DNA of 64,000 bases from Paracoccaceae bacterium (GCA_019911965.1 JAIOJF010000025.1:41720-105719); one strand, 5' to 3'. Shown: positions 20,600-31,006, counted from the stretch's first letter. The notes: generated from the letters alone by a model not told the origin. Program-made: numbers and translations.

Positions 20600-21093
20600 G
20601 GATTTTCGGGGTGGTCGGCTGGAAGAACAACGGCAAGACCGGGCTGATGGAGCGGCTGGTGCGCGAGATCGCCGGGCGCGGCATCTCGGTTTCAACCGTC
20701 AAGCACGCGCATCATTCCTTCGACATCGATCACGACGGCAAGGACAGTTTCCGCCACCGCGAGGCCGGGGCCTCGGAGGTCTTGTTGTCATCGCGCAACC
20801 GCTGGGCCTTGATGCATGAAATGCGCGACGAACCGGAACAACCGCTGACGGCATTGCTGGCGCGGTTGGCACCGGTCGATCTGGTGCTGATCGAAGGCTA
20901 TAAACGCGATCCGCATCCCAAGATCGAAGCGCATCGCGCCGTCACCGCGCAACCGCTGATCGCGCCGGGCGATGCAAGTGTGGTGGCGATTGCCAGCGAT
21001 GTCGCGCTGCCGGGGATTGACCGGCCAGTGTTTGCCCTGAACGATACCAGCGCGATTGCGGATTTCGTGCTGACGCATGTAGGACTGGCCTGA
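20596..21093 (+). CDS. mobB: molybdopterin-guanine dinucleotide biosynthesis adaptor protein
   Basis: GWKNNGKTGL P-loop and LIEGYK motif. Overlaps the mobA stop. Confidence 0.85.
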   Translation: MRIFGVVGWKNNGKTGLMERLVREIAGRGISVSTVKHAHHSFDIDHDGKDSFRHREAGASEVLLSSRNRWALMHEMRDEPEQPLTALLARLAPVDLVLIEGYKRDPHPKIEAHRAVTAQPLIAPGDASVVAIASDVALPGIDRPVFALNDTSAIADFVLTHVGLA

Positions 21094-22352
21094 TGCAGCC
21101 GCCCCGTTTGAAAAACGATTGCTTTGCCCTGCCGCCGGGGATCGACTGGACCCCGGTTGACACCGCCCTTGGCCTCTTGCGCGAACGCCTGTCGGTGGTG
21201 ACGGCCAGCGAGCGGCTGGAGGTAGGCCAGGCAGCGGGGCGGGTGCTGGGCGAGGATGTCGCCGCACGGCGCTCGAACCCGCCGACGGCAAATTCGGCGG
21301 TGGACGGGTTCGGCTTTGCCCATGCATCGCTCGGGCGCGGCGCGGTGCAGGAATTGCCGCTGGTCGATGGCCGCGCGGCAGCCGGGCAGGCATTTGGCGG
21401 CGTGGTGCCGGAAGGCTTCGCCATCCGTATCCTGACCGGGGCGCAGATACCGGACGGCGTGGATACCGTGATCCTGGAAGAAGACGTGACCGAGGGCGAG
21501 GCCAGCATCGCCTTTCATTCCGGCCTGAAGCGCGGCGCGAATACCCGCCGCGCGGGCGAGGACGTGGCGGCAGGCGATATCGTGCTGCGGGCGGGCCGGG
21601 TGTTGCAGCCGCATGATCTGGCCTTGCTGGCGGCGGTCGGGGTGGCGGAGGTCGCGGTGCAGTCCCGCCTCAGGGTCGGGGTTCTGTCCACCGGCGATGA
21701 AATCCGCCCGGCGGGCGCGGATATCGGGCCTGGGCAGATTTACGATGCCAACCGGCCCATGCTGCTGGCCCTGCTGGCGCGCTGGGGCATGGCGGCGGTC
21801 GATCTTGGGCATGTGCGCGATGACCGTGATTTGCTGCGCGCGCGGCTGGACCGGGCGGCGGACGAGGTGGATGCGATCCTGACCTCGGGCGGGGTTTCGG
21901 CAGGGGACGAGGATCATCTGTCCGCATTGCTGAACGCCGAAGGCAGGGTGCATTCCTGGCGCATCGCGGTCAAACCGGGGCGACCGCTGGCGCTGGGCCA
22001 GTGGCAGGGGGTGCCGGTGTTCGGCCTGCCAGGCAATCCGGTGGCGGCCTTTGTCTGTGCGCTGATCTTCGCGCGACCGGCACTGGCGATCATGAATGGT
22101 GCCGATTGGCCGGAACCGGTGGGCATGATGGTGCCGGCGGGATTTGCCAAGTCGAAGAAGCCGGGACGCCGCGAGTATCTCAGGGCGCGGCTGGATGGCG
22201 ACGGGCGGGCCGAGGTGTTCCGATCCGAAGGGTCGGGGCGGATTTCGGGGCTGAGCTGGGCCGAAGGGCTGGTGGAACTGGACGATGCGGCGGCGGAAAT
22301 CGCGCCGGGCGATCCGGTCAGGTTCCTGCCCTATGGCAGCTTTGGCCTTTAG
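21093..22352 (+). CDS. moeA: molybdopterin molybdotransferase
   Basis: TGDEIRPAG, LTSGGVSAGDEDH and GLPGNPVAAFV motifs. Confidence 0.9.
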   Translation: MQPPRLKNDCFALPPGIDWTPVDTALGLLRERLSVVTASERLEVGQAAGRVLGEDVAARRSNPPTANSAVDGFGFAHASLGRGAVQELPLVDGRAAAGQAFGGVVPEGFAIRILTGAQIPDGVDTVILEEDVTEGEASIAFHSGLKRGANTRRAGEDVAAGDIVLRAGRVLQPHDLALLAAVGVAEVAVQSRLRVGVLSTGDEIRPAGADIGPGQIYDANRPMLLALLARWGMAAVDLGHVRDDRDLLRARLDRAADEVDAILTSGGVSAGDEDHLSALLNAEGRVHSWRIAVKPGRPLALGQWQGVPVFGLPGNPVAAFVCALIFARPALAIMNGADWPEPVGMMVPAGFAKSKKPGRREYLRARLDGDGRAEVFRSEGSGRISGLSWAEGLVELDDAAAEIAPGDPVRFLPYGSFGL

Positions 22353-22368
22353 ATGTGGGTCGGGATTC

Positions 22369-22388
22369 GAGTATTTCTTGGCCAAAAC
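22369..22388 (+). repeat. GAGTATTT-type intergenic motif, copy 4 (GAGTATTTCTTGGCCAAAAC)
   Basis: 17 nt after the moeA stop. Weaker match, sharing only GAGTATTT plus a CAAAA tail. Confidence 0.3.
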
Positions 22389-22434
22389 CGGCAATAGCGG
22401 TGACGACCGCCCGGCCCCGTGATATGCGACAGCA

Positions 22435-24693
22435 ATGACACAGCTTCCGAACAAGGCCGATCTGCTGCGCTGGATCGAGGATAATCCCGACAAGACCAAC
22501 AAGCGCGACATCGCGCGGGCCTTTGGCATCAAGGGGGCGGCGCGGATTGATCTGAAGCGGATGCTGAAGGAACTGGCCGACGAAGGGCTGGTGGAAAAGC
22601 GTCGGCGCAGCTACCGCGATCCAAACAGCCTGCCGCCGGTCTCGGTTCTGTCTGTGCTGGCACCGGACGCCGATGGCGATCTGTTCGCACGCCCGGTTGA
22701 CTGGCAGGGCGAGGGCGATGCGCCGCGCATCCTGATCGTTGCCGGTAAGGGCGACCGCGCGGTGGGCGAAGGTGATCGCATCCTGGCGCGGCTGGCGGCG
22801 GTGTCCGGGGCCGATCATGCCTATGAGGCGCGGATCATCCGGCGGATCGGGGCCGGGCCGACGCGGCTGCTGGGCCTTTACCGCAAAGGCTCGGAAGGCG
22901 GGCGAATCGTGCCGATCGACAAGAAGGCCGACCGCGAATGGCTGGTATCCGACGCCGATAATGGCGGCGCGAAGGACGGCGAACTGGTCGAGGCGGAACA
23001 ATCCGGGTCGGGTGGCCGCCTGGGGCTGGCGCGCGCCAAGGTAATCTCGGTGCTGGGCGATCCGATGGCGCCGCGATCCGTCTCGCTTTACGCGATCCAC
23101 CAGCATGGCATTCCCGACGAGTTTCCCGACGAGGTTATCCTTGAGGCGGAACGCGGCGAACCGGTGCGGCTGGGCAAGCGCGAGGATCTGAGGCATCTGC
23201 CGCTGATCACCATTGATCCCGCCGATGCCCGCGACCATGACGATGCGGTTTACGCCCATGCCGATGACGATGCGAAGAATGACGGCGGCCATGTCGTCTG
23301 GGTGGCCATCGCCGATGTCGCGCATTACGTCACGCCGGGCTCCGAACTGGACCGCGAGGCCCGCAAGCGCGGCAATTCCACCTATTTCCCGGATCGCGTG
23401 GTGCCGATGCTGCCGGACAAGCTGTCGGGTGAGTTGTGTTCGCTGCATGACGGGGTGGATCGCCCCTGCATGGCCGTGCGGATGGTGCTGAACGCCGCCG
23501 GGCAGAAAATCTCGCACCGCTTCACCCGGGCCATGATGCATTCGCACGCAACGCTGAATTATGTGCAGGTGCAGGCGGCGGCGGATGGTGCGCCGGACGA
23601 AGATTGCACACCGATCCTCGATTCGGTGATTCGCCCGCTTTATGCCGCCTACGAGGCCGCCGCGAAGGCGCGCAATGCCCGCCAGCCCTTGCATCTGGAC
23701 CTGCCGGAACGGCGGATCGAATTGTCGGATGACGGGCATGTCACCTCGGTTGCCTTCCGCGATCGCTTCGAGGCGCATAAGCTGATCGAGGAATTCATGA
23801 TTCTGGCCAATGTCTGTGCCGCCGAAACACTTGAGGCCAAACGCCGTCCGCTGTTGTACCGGGTGCACGAGGAACCAAGCCCCGAAAAGCTGGACGGCTT
23901 GCGCGATGTCGCCCATGCGGCGGGGCTGGTGCTGGCCAAGGGGCAGGTGCTGAAAACGGCGCATTTCAACCGGCTGCTGGATGCCGCCGCCGGCACGGAC
24001 AATTCCGAGATCATCAACATGTCGGTGCTTCGCTCGATGACGCAGGCCTATTATGCGCCGGTCAATTTCGGGCATTTCGGGCTGAACCTGAAGCGCTATG
24101 CGCATTTCACCTCGCCGATCCGCCGCTACGCCGATCTGGTGGTCCACCGCGCGCTGATTTCGGCGCATGGCTGGGGAAATGACGGGCTGAGCGGTTTCGA
24201 TATCGAACGGCTGGAGGAAACCGGCGAGTTGATCAGCCAGGCCGAGCGGCGCTCGATGATGGCGGAGCGTGACACCAATGATCGCTATCTGGCCAGTTAC
24301 CTGTCGGAACGGGTGGGTAACGAGTTTGACGGCAAGATTTCCGGCATCGCCCGGTTCGGGCTGTTCGTCAAACTGACGGAAACCCATGCGGACGGCCTGG
24401 TGCCGATCTCGACCCTGGGGCGGGAGTATTTCCACCACGATGCCGATGCCCAGACCCTGACGGGCGACAAATCAAGGCTGGTGCTGAAGCTGGGCATGCC
24501 GGTCAAGGTGCGGCTGGCCGAGGCGGTGCCGGTGACCGGTGGCCTGATGTTTGAATTGCTGGAGGCCGATGGCAATGCCCTGCCGCGCGGCCCGTCGCCG
24601 CGCGGGGCCAAAGCGCCGGGCAGAAAGCTGACGGCGCATCGCAAGAAGGGCGTCAAGCAACGCAAGATCGAGCGCCGACGGCAGGGCAGATAA
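22435..24693 (+). CDS. rnr: ribonuclease R
   Basis: RNB domain (DPADARDHDDAV, HFGL, YAHFTSPIRRYADLVVHR), S1 domain and a basic C-terminal tail. Confidence 0.93.
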   Translation: MTQLPNKADLLRWIEDNPDKTNKRDIARAFGIKGAARIDLKRMLKELADEGLVEKRRRSYRDPNSLPPVSVLSVLAPDADGDLFARPVDWQGEGDAPRILIVAGKGDRAVGEGDRILARLAAVSGADHAYEARIIRRIGAGPTRLLGLYRKGSEGGRIVPIDKKADREWLVSDADNGGAKDGELVEAEQSGSGGRLGLARAKVISVLGDPMAPRSVSLYAIHQHGIPDEFPDEVILEAERGEPVRLGKREDLRHLPLITIDPADARDHDDAVYAHADDDAKNDGGHVVWVAIADVAHYVTPGSELDREARKRGNSTYFPDRVVPMLPDKLSGELCSLHDGVDRPCMAVRMVLNAAGQKISHRFTRAMMHSHATLNYVQVQAAADGAPDEDCTPILDSVIRPLYAAYEAAAKARNARQPLHLDLPERRIELSDDGHVTSVAFRDRFEAHKLIEEFMILANVCAAETLEAKRRPLLYRVHEEPSPEKLDGLRDVAHAAGLVLAKGQVLKTAHFNRLLDAAAGTDNSEIINMSVLRSMTQAYYAPVNFGHFGLNLKRYAHFTSPIRRYADLVVHRALISAHGWGNDGLSGFDIERLEETGELISQAERRSMMAERDTNDRYLASYLSERVGNEFDGKISGIARFGLFVKLTETHADGLVPISTLGREYFHHDADAQTLTGDKSRLVLKLGMPVKVRLAEAVPVTGGLMFELLEADGNALPRGPSPRGAKAPGRKLTAHRKKGVKQRKIERRRQGR

Positions 24694-24792
24694 CCGGGCC
24701 TGAGCGCCGCCTTGCCGATCCTGCGCTTCACCCTTTTGCGACGCGCGCTTTGCCTGTAGGCTTGGCGCAAAATGATCGAGCAGGAGTTGTTC

Positions 24793-26070
24793 ATGCGCCG
24801 CCTGACAGGATGGTTGAGCCTTGCCTTCGCGCTGATGGCGCTGGCGGTGCCGTCGCTGGCCAATGCGCCGGTCAGCCTGGATATCCGGCCCAAGCCACGC
24901 AGCGGTGCGCCGCAGGTACAGGCCGCCGCCCGCGCCCCGACCTCGAATGCCCGGTTCGATCTGTGGATCAAGGCGTTTCGCAAGCGCGCCTTGGCCAAAG
25001 GCATTTCGGCACAGGTGTTTGATCGTGCCTTCCGCGGCGTGCGTTACAATGCCTCGGTGATCGAGAAGGATCGCAACCAGTCGGAATTTACCAAGCAGAT
25101 TTGGGAATATCTGGACACCGCCACATCGGACATGCGGGTCCGCAATGGCCGCGATGCGCTGCGCAAGCACCGCGCGCTGCTGGAGCAGATCGAACGCAGC
25201 TACAAGGTGGAAAAGGAGGTGGTGCTGGCGATCTGGGGGCTGGAAAGCGCCTATGGCAGCCATATGGGCAAGCTCAACATCATCGAAAGCCTGGCAACGC
25301 TGGCCTATGACAGCCGACGCGGCAGTTTCTTCGAGGCGCAGTTGATCGCGGCCCTGCAGATCATCCAGTCGGGCGATGTGCGGCCCGGCAACATGACCGG
25401 ATCATGGGCCGGGGCGATGGGCCACACGCAGTTCATTCCGACCAGCTATCTGGCGTTTGCGCAGGATTTTCGCGGCGACGGGCGGCGCGATATCTGGGAA
25501 GACGATCCCGCAGACGGCCTGGCCTCGACCGCGAATTACCTGAAACGCCACGGCTGGACCTATGGCCAGCCCTGGGGGCTGGAAGTGGCCCTGCCGCGCG
25601 GCTTTGATTTCAAGCTGTCGGGCGAGCGGGTGAAGAAATCGGTGGCGGACTGGCGCAAGCTGGGCGTGACCACGATTGACGGCAAGCCGCTGCCGGATCA
25701 CGGGCGCTCCTCGATCCTGCTGCCGGCGGGCGCGGCGGGCGCGGCCTTCATCATCTTTGACAATTTCCACGTGATCGAGCGGTACAACACCGCCGATGCC
25801 TATGTGATCGCGGTGGGGCATCTCGGCGACCGGATCGCCGGCGGCAAGCCGATCCAGCATTCCTGGCCGCGCGGTGAAAAGGCGCTGTCGTTCAAGCAGA
25901 AAAAGCAGATGCAGCGGCTGTTACGGCGCAAGGGCTTCGAGATGGAGAAGATCGACGGCATCGTCGGGCCGAACACCATCGCGGCGATCCGGGCATTTCA
26001 GGCTTCCATCGGCAAGACGCCGGATGGCTATGCCACCACCGATCTGCTGAAACTGCTGCAACAGAACTGA
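24793..26070 (+). CDS. lytic murein transglycosylase with C-terminal peptidoglycan-binding domain
   Basis: Signal peptide MRRLTGWLSLAFALMALAV, WGLESAYG, GAMGHTQFIPTSY, and a C-terminal IDGIVGPNTIAAIRAFQ. Confidence 0.85.
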   Translation: MRRLTGWLSLAFALMALAVPSLANAPVSLDIRPKPRSGAPQVQAAARAPTSNARFDLWIKAFRKRALAKGISAQVFDRAFRGVRYNASVIEKDRNQSEFTKQIWEYLDTATSDMRVRNGRDALRKHRALLEQIERSYKVEKEVVLAIWGLESAYGSHMGKLNIIESLATLAYDSRRGSFFEAQLIAALQIIQSGDVRPGNMTGSWAGAMGHTQFIPTSYLAFAQDFRGDGRRDIWEDDPADGLASTANYLKRHGWTYGQPWGLEVALPRGFDFKLSGERVKKSVADWRKLGVTTIDGKPLPDHGRSSILLPAGAAGAAFIIFDNFHVIERYNTADAYVIAVGHLGDRIAGGKPIQHSWPRGEKALSFKQKKQMQRLLRRKGFEMEKIDGIVGPNTIAAIRAFQASIGKTPDGYATTDLLKLLQQN

Positions 26071-26088
26071 GCGGCCTGTCATGCAGGG

Positions 26089-27180
26089 TTACTGATCCGG
26101 CCCGGCCCAGTCGGCGGATTGCATTTCGCGCAGGCGCGAGGCCGTGCGCTCGAACTCGAACGCGCCGGGGCCTGTTGCGTACAACTCCTCAGGCTCGGCC
26201 TCGGCGGAACAGAACAGCCTTGTTCCGGCCTCGTAAGCGGCGTCGATCAGGGTGACGAAACGCCTGGCCTCGTTGTTGCGGGCGCGGCTGAGGCGGGGGA
26301 TATCATCAATCACCAGCACCCGCACCGCCTCGGTCAGGGCCAGAAAATCCGCCGGGCCAAGCGGGCGGTCGCATAATTCGGCAAAAGTGCTGCGCGCCGC
26401 ACCGTTGTGAAAACGCGGCAGCGTGACCTTGCGCGAACCGACCTTCAGGGCAAGCGGTGCTTCAACCCCCTCCGTCAGGCTGTTCCAGATATCATCCAGC
26501 GCCGCGCGCGCCGTCGCATCCGCCGGGGTGAACCATGTCTGGCGGCCACGCAGCCGGTCCTGGCGGTAATCGACATCGGTGAACAGATGATGCACCACCA
26601 TCCGCGCCTTGATCAATTCGATGAAGGGCAGGAACAATTGCCGGTTCAGCCCGTTGCGGTAGAGGTCATCCGGTGCGCGGTTCGAGGTGGTGACGATGCT
26701 GGTCCCCGCCGCCATCAGCTTTTCAAACAGCCGGCCCACGATCATCGCATCGGTGATGTCGGTGATCTGCATCTCGTCAAAACACAACAGCCGCGCCTGT
26801 TCGGCGATACCCTCGGCAACCGGCGCAATCGGGTCGTCATGGCCCGTGGCGCGGGCCTCATGCAGGCCGGCATGGACCTCCTGCATGAAGGCATGGAAAT
26901 GCACGCGGCGCTTGCGCTGGATATTGGTTGCCTCGAAAAACAGGTCCATCAGCATCGACTTGCCGGCCCCGACCCCGCCCCACAGATACAGGCCATGCGG
27001 CACATCTTCCGCCCTGCGCCCCAGCAGGCCCGAGAACAGGCCCTTGCGGGTGGTCGCCCGGCTTTCCAGCCAGAGGCGCAATTCCTCCAGCTTTTCCACC
27101 GCCGCCATCTGGGCCGCATCGTGGAAGAAATCGCTGCGGGCGATCAGGGTGTTGTACTTGTCGATCAGGTCGTCCGGCAC
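26089..27180 (-). CDS. zapE: cell division protein ZapE (AFG1-like ATPase)
   Basis: GGVGAGKSMLMD Walker A and LLCFDEMQITD Walker B. GTG start at 27180 preceded by AAGGGA. The 276-codon upstream extension in the track is antisense to the MFS gene. Confidence 0.85.
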   Translation of the reverse strand: MPDDLIDKYNTLIARSDFFHDAAQMAAVEKLEELRLWLESRATTRKGLFSGLLGRRAEDVPHGLYLWGGVGAGKSMLMDLFFEATNIQRKRRVHFHAFMQEVHAGLHEARATGHDDPIAPVAEGIAEQARLLCFDEMQITDITDAMIVGRLFEKLMAAGTSIVTTSNRAPDDLYRNGLNRQLFLPFIELIKARMVVHHLFTDVDYRQDRLRGRQTWFTPADATARAALDDIWNSLTEGVEAPLALKVGSRKVTLPRFHNGAARSTFAELCDRPLGPADFLALTEAVRVLVIDDIPRLSRARNNEARRFVTLIDAAYEAGTRLFCSAEAEPEELYATGPGAFEFERTASRLREMQSADWAGPDQ

Positions 27181-27306
27181 CGTTTGTCCCTTGCATTTCA
27201 GGCCGCGCGGACCATAGCCAGCCACGCGCCCGAGATCGACAGGAAAAGCGTTTGACCTTGCCGGAAAATCTGGCCACTTTCCCGGCCTGCGACCTGGAAA
27301 TCTCCC

Positions 27307-28548
27307 ATGACTGAACCCCGCGCATCGTTGTTCACGCCCGTGCTGATCGGCGGCTGCGTGATCATTCTGGTCAGCTTTTCCATCCGAGCGTCGTTCGGCG
27401 TGTTCCAGATCCCGATTGCGCAGGAATTCGGCTGGCTGCGGGCGGATTTCTCGATGGCGATTGCCATCCAGAACCTTGCCTGGGGCATCGGCCAGCCGAT
27501 TTTCGGCGCATTGGCCGAGAGGTTCGGCGATCGCCGCGCCCTGATCCTGGGCGCGCTGGTCTATGCTGCCGGGCTGGTGCTGAGCAGCTTTGCCGTCACG
27601 CCGGGGGCGCATCAGTTTCTGGAAATCCTGGTGGGCTTCGGCATTGCGGGCACCGGATTCGGGGTGATTCTGGCCGTGGTCGGGCGAACCGCCTCTGCCG
27701 AGAACCGCTCGATGGCGCTGGGGATCGTCACCGCCGCAGGCTCGGGCGGGCAGGTGATCGGCGCACCGCTGGCGGAATGGCTTCTGACGATGATGACCTG
27801 GCAATCGGTATTCCTGATTTTTGCTGCCGGGATCATCGCGGTGCTGGCGATCCTGCCGGTGATGCGGATGCCACCACCCGCCAGCAAGGCCGAGCTGGAG
27901 GAAAGCCTGGGCGCGATCCTGAAGAAAACGCTGGTCGATCCAAGCTATATCCTGATCTTCATCGGGTTCTTTTCCTGCGGCTACCAATTGTCCTTCGTCA
28001 CCGCGCATTTCCCGGCGATGATCACCGAGATGTGCGGCGCGATTGATCCGACCGGCACGCTGGCCAGTATCGGTGTCACCACGACCTCGGCGCTGGGGGC
28101 GGCGGCGATCTCGCTGATCGGGCTGGCGAATATCGCCGGCACCATCACCGCCGGCTGGCTGGGCAGCCGCTATTCCCGCAAATACCTGCTGGCGCTGATC
28201 TATCTGGGGCGCACCGTGATCGCAGCGGCGTTCATCATGCTGCCGATCACCCCGACCAGCGTGATCGTGTTCTCGGTTGCGATGGGGGCGCTGTGGCTGG
28301 CGACGGTGCCGCTGACCTCAGGCCTGGTGGCGCATATCTACGGCCTGCGCTACATGGGCACGCTGTACGGTATCGTGTTCTTCAGCCACCAGCTGGGATC
28401 GTTCCTGGGCGTCTGGCTGGGCGGGCGGATGTATGACATCTACGGCGATTACACCGCCGTCTGGTGGGTTGGCGTCGGCGTCGGGGCGCTGTCGGCCATC
28501 GTGCATCTGCCGATCAACGAGCGCCCCTATGCCGAACGGGTGGTTTAA
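27307..28548 (+). CDS. MFS transporter
   Basis: About 12 predicted hydrophobic segments and a GALAERFGDRR loop motif. Length 413 aa. Confidence 0.85.
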   Translation: MTEPRASLFTPVLIGGCVIILVSFSIRASFGVFQIPIAQEFGWLRADFSMAIAIQNLAWGIGQPIFGALAERFGDRRALILGALVYAAGLVLSSFAVTPGAHQFLEILVGFGIAGTGFGVILAVVGRTASAENRSMALGIVTAAGSGGQVIGAPLAEWLLTMMTWQSVFLIFAAGIIAVLAILPVMRMPPPASKAELEESLGAILKKTLVDPSYILIFIGFFSCGYQLSFVTAHFPAMITEMCGAIDPTGTLASIGVTTTSALGAAAISLIGLANIAGTITAGWLGSRYSRKYLLALIYLGRTVIAAAFIMLPITPTSVIVFSVAMGALWLATVPLTSGLVAHIYGLRYMGTLYGIVFFSHQLGSFLGVWLGGRMYDIYGDYTAVWWVGVGVGALSAIVHLPINERPYAERVV

Positions 28549-29231
28549 GCCACCAGCCGATAACCGCCGCTTTCCGTCACCAGCAGCCGCGCGTTCGAGG
28601 GGTCAGGCTCGATCTTCTGCCGCAGGCGGTAGATATGGGTTTCCAGCGTATGCGTAGTGACCCCGGCATTATATCCCCAGACCTCGTGCAACAGCACATC
28701 GCGCGCCACCACGCCATCGGTGGCGCGGTAAAGGAATTTCAGGATATTGGTTTCCTTCTCGGTCAGGCGGATCTTCTTGTCGTCTTCCGTCACCAGCATC
28801 TTGTTGGCGGGCTTGAACGTGTATGGCCCAAGCTGGAAAATCGCATCCTCGGATTGCTCATGCTGGCGAAGCTGGGCGCGGATGCGGGCCAGCAATACCG
28901 GGAACTTGAACGGCTTGGTCACGTAATCATTCGCCCCGGCATCGAGGCCAAGGATCGTGTCGGCATCCGAATCATGGCCCGTCAGCATCACCACCGGGCA
29001 TTTCACCCCCTGCTTGCGCATCAGGCGGCACAATTCGCGGCCATCCATATCCGGCAGGCCGACATCCAGGATCACCAGATCATAAATCGCCTCGCGCGCC
29101 TTCGCCAGGCCACGGGCACCGCTGTCGGCCTCGAACACATCGAATTCCTCGGTCAGCAGCAATTGATCGGCCAGCGCCTCGCGCAGGTCCTCATCATCGT
29201 CCACCATCAGGATTTTCTTGACGTTCGCCAT
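28545..29231 (-). CDS. OmpR/PhoB-family response regulator (possibly CenR-like), no adjacent kinase
   Basis: Receiver domain (MVDDDEDL, LDVGLPDMDG, KPF) plus a winged helix (TEKETNILKFLY, THTLETHIYRLRQKIE). Confidence 0.9.
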   Translation of the reverse strand: MANVKKILMVDDDEDLREALADQLLLTEEFDVFEADSGARGLAKAREAIYDLVILDVGLPDMDGRELCRLMRKQGVKCPVVMLTGHDSDADTILGLDAGANDYVTKPFKFPVLLARIRAQLRQHEQSEDAIFQLGPYTFKPANKMLVTEDDKKIRLTEKETNILKFLYRATDGVVARDVLLHEVWGYNAGVTTHTLETHIYRLRQKIEPDPSNARLLVTESGGYRLVA

Positions 29232-29395
29232 TTGCTTCTCCTGTCAACTTGCTGCACAGAAATGCGACCCCCTCGCGGTTTCGGCAAGGTGCCGGGGCAT
29301 TCTTTCACGCGCTCGTGTCGAAATCGCGGGAAATGTTTCATATTCCGCAGGTGCGGGATATAGGGGGCGTCGATATTGTAACCTAGGATGCGCCT

Positions 29396-30487
29396 ATGTC
29401 GCTTGCCCCGTCCCTGCCCGAGACCATCGCCCGCCTGCGCGCCGACCTGCGCATGGGGCTGGCAATCGTGCTGCAACATGGCGGCGATCATGCGCTGGTT
29501 TTGGCGGCGGAAACCCTGACCGCGGCGCGGTTTGCCGAGGCGACAACGCTCGGCGGCAGCGCGGCGGTGGCGATCACCAAACGCCGGGCGGAAACGCTGA
29601 GGGCGCGGGCCTATGACGGCGATGTCGCCCGCATCCGCGTACCCCGCGACGCCGATGCCGCCTGGGTCCGGGCTTTGGCCGATCCGTCGGGCGATCTGAT
29701 GCATGCCTTGCAAGGCCCATATGCCAGCCTGCGCGACGGCAAGGCCGATCTGCACCGCGCCGCGATTGCGCTCTGCAAGCAGTCCCGCCTGTTACCGGCG
29801 GCGCTTCTGGTGGCGGTGGCGGACGGGCCGGCCCTGGCCAAAACGCATCACCTGAACCTGCTGGATGTAAGCGATATCGGTGCCGCCCTGACGGAAAGCC
29901 AGGCGCTTTACGAAGTCGCCGCTGCCCGCCTGCCGCTGGCGGTGTCCGAGGCGGGCCGCCTGCACGTTTTCCGCCCCGATGACGGCGGCGAGGAGCATTA
30001 CGCCGTGGAAATCGGCCGCCCGGACCGCGCCACGCCGGTGCTGGCGCGGCTGCATTCGGCCTGTTTCACCGGCGATCTTCTCGGCTCGCTGAAATGCGAT
30101 TGCGGCCCGCAGCTGCGCGCCGCACTGGCGCAGATCGGGGCCGAGGGCGCGGGTGTCCTTCTCTACCTCAATCAGGAAGGGCGAGGCATTGGCCTGGCCA
30201 ACAAGATGCGCGCCTATTCCCTGCAAGATCAGGGCTTTGACACGGTCGAGGCGAATCACCGCCTGGGCTTTGAAGACGACGAGCGCGATTTTCACATCGG
30301 TGCCAGCATCCTGAAGCGTATGGGGTTTCGCGCCGTGCGGCTGATGACGAACAATCCCAACAAGGTGGCGATGATGCAGAGCGCCGGGCTGGAAGTCAGC
30401 GAGCGGGTGCCGCTGGCGGTCGGGCGCAATCCGCACAATACCGGCTATCTGGACACCAAGGCCGCGAAAAGCGGGCATCTTCTGTGA
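29396..30487 (+). CDS. ribA: GTP cyclohydrolase II with N-terminal degenerate DHBP-synthase-like domain
   Basis: [35 protein letters not shown] and LMTNNPNK motifs. Confidence 0.88.
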   Translation: MSLAPSLPETIARLRADLRMGLAIVLQHGGDHALVLAAETLTAARFAEATTLGGSAAVAITKRRAETLRARAYDGDVARIRVPRDADAAWVRALADPSGDLMHALQGPYASLRDGKADLHRAAIALCKQSRLLPAALLVAVADGPALAKTHHLNLLDVSDIGAALTESQALYEVAAARLPLAVSEAGRLHVFRPDDGGEEHYAVEIGRPDRATPVLARLHSACFTGDLLGSLKCDCGPQLRAALAQIGAEGAGVLLYLNQEGRGIGLANKMRAYSLQDQGFDTVEANHRLGFEDDERDFHIGASILKRMGFRAVRLMTNNPNKVAMMQSAGLEVSERVPLAVGRNPHNTGYLDTKAAKSGHLL

Positions 30488-30993
30488 TCGCCCGCGCGAT
30501 TGATCTGGTCGTCAATCGCAGCGGCGCACGCTATCGCGGCTTGCACCTGCCTTGCACCATCGGCAAGGGCGGCATCGGCCATAAACGCGGCGAGGGCGAT
30601 GGCATCACCCCGATCGGGCGCTGGCGCATTGCCGAAGTCCAATACCGCGCCGATCGCATATCCCCGCCCGCCGGATGGCCGCCAATTCCCATCGGCCCGG
30701 CGGATATCTGGTCGGACGACCCGGATGATCCGGCCTATAACCACGGTCTGCGAAGCCGCCGCCACCCTTTCAGCCACGAGGCGATGTTTCGTGGCGATCC
30801 GCTTTACGATCTGGTCGGCATACTGGATTTCAACTGGCCAAAGGCCAGGCCCGGTGCCGGATCGGCGATCTTCCTGCATTGCTGGCGCAGCCCGCACCAC
30901 CCGACAGCAGGCTGCATCGCCTTCGCACCACCAATCCTGCGCCATATCCTGGAAACATGGGTGCCCGAAGCGCGGGTGGTGGTTGGCGCCTGA
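30484..30993 (+). CDS. YkuD/L,D-transpeptidase catalytic-domain-like protein, no signal peptide
   Basis: GSAIFLHCW...HPTAGCIAF resembles the His/Cys catalytic motif. GTG start overlaps the ribA stop (GTGA). Confidence 0.65.
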   Translation: MIARAIDLVVNRSGARYRGLHLPCTIGKGGIGHKRGEGDGITPIGRWRIAEVQYRADRISPPAGWPPIPIGPADIWSDDPDDPAYNHGLRSRRHPFSHEAMFRGDPLYDLVGILDFNWPKARPGAGSAIFLHCWRSPHHPTAGCIAFAPPILRHILETWVPEARVVVGA

Positions 30994-31006
30994 CCGGTTT
31001 CCGGTT

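Noticed and set aside
24420-24440. Additional AGTATTTCC-like strings inside coding regions (rnr at about 24424, DUF2237 at about 54650, and the hypothetical/lysE junction at about 47738).
   Set aside because: The matches are short (8-9 nt), lack the CAAA tail and hairpin context, and lie within ORFs. They were not counted as copies of the intergenic motif.
27181-28008. N-terminal 276-codon extension of the ZapE ORF (track ORF 26089-28008).
   Set aside because: The extension is antisense to the MFS transporter gene and has junk-like composition. ZapE homology begins near the GTG at 27180, which has an AAGGGA RBS.
29232-29395. Possible FMN riboswitch upstream of ribA.
   Set aside because: I could not recognise the conserved RFN element core. 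The only structure seen is a 9/10 inverted repeat, ATATTCCGCA-GG-TGCGGGATAT. A covariance-model scan would be needed to be sure.
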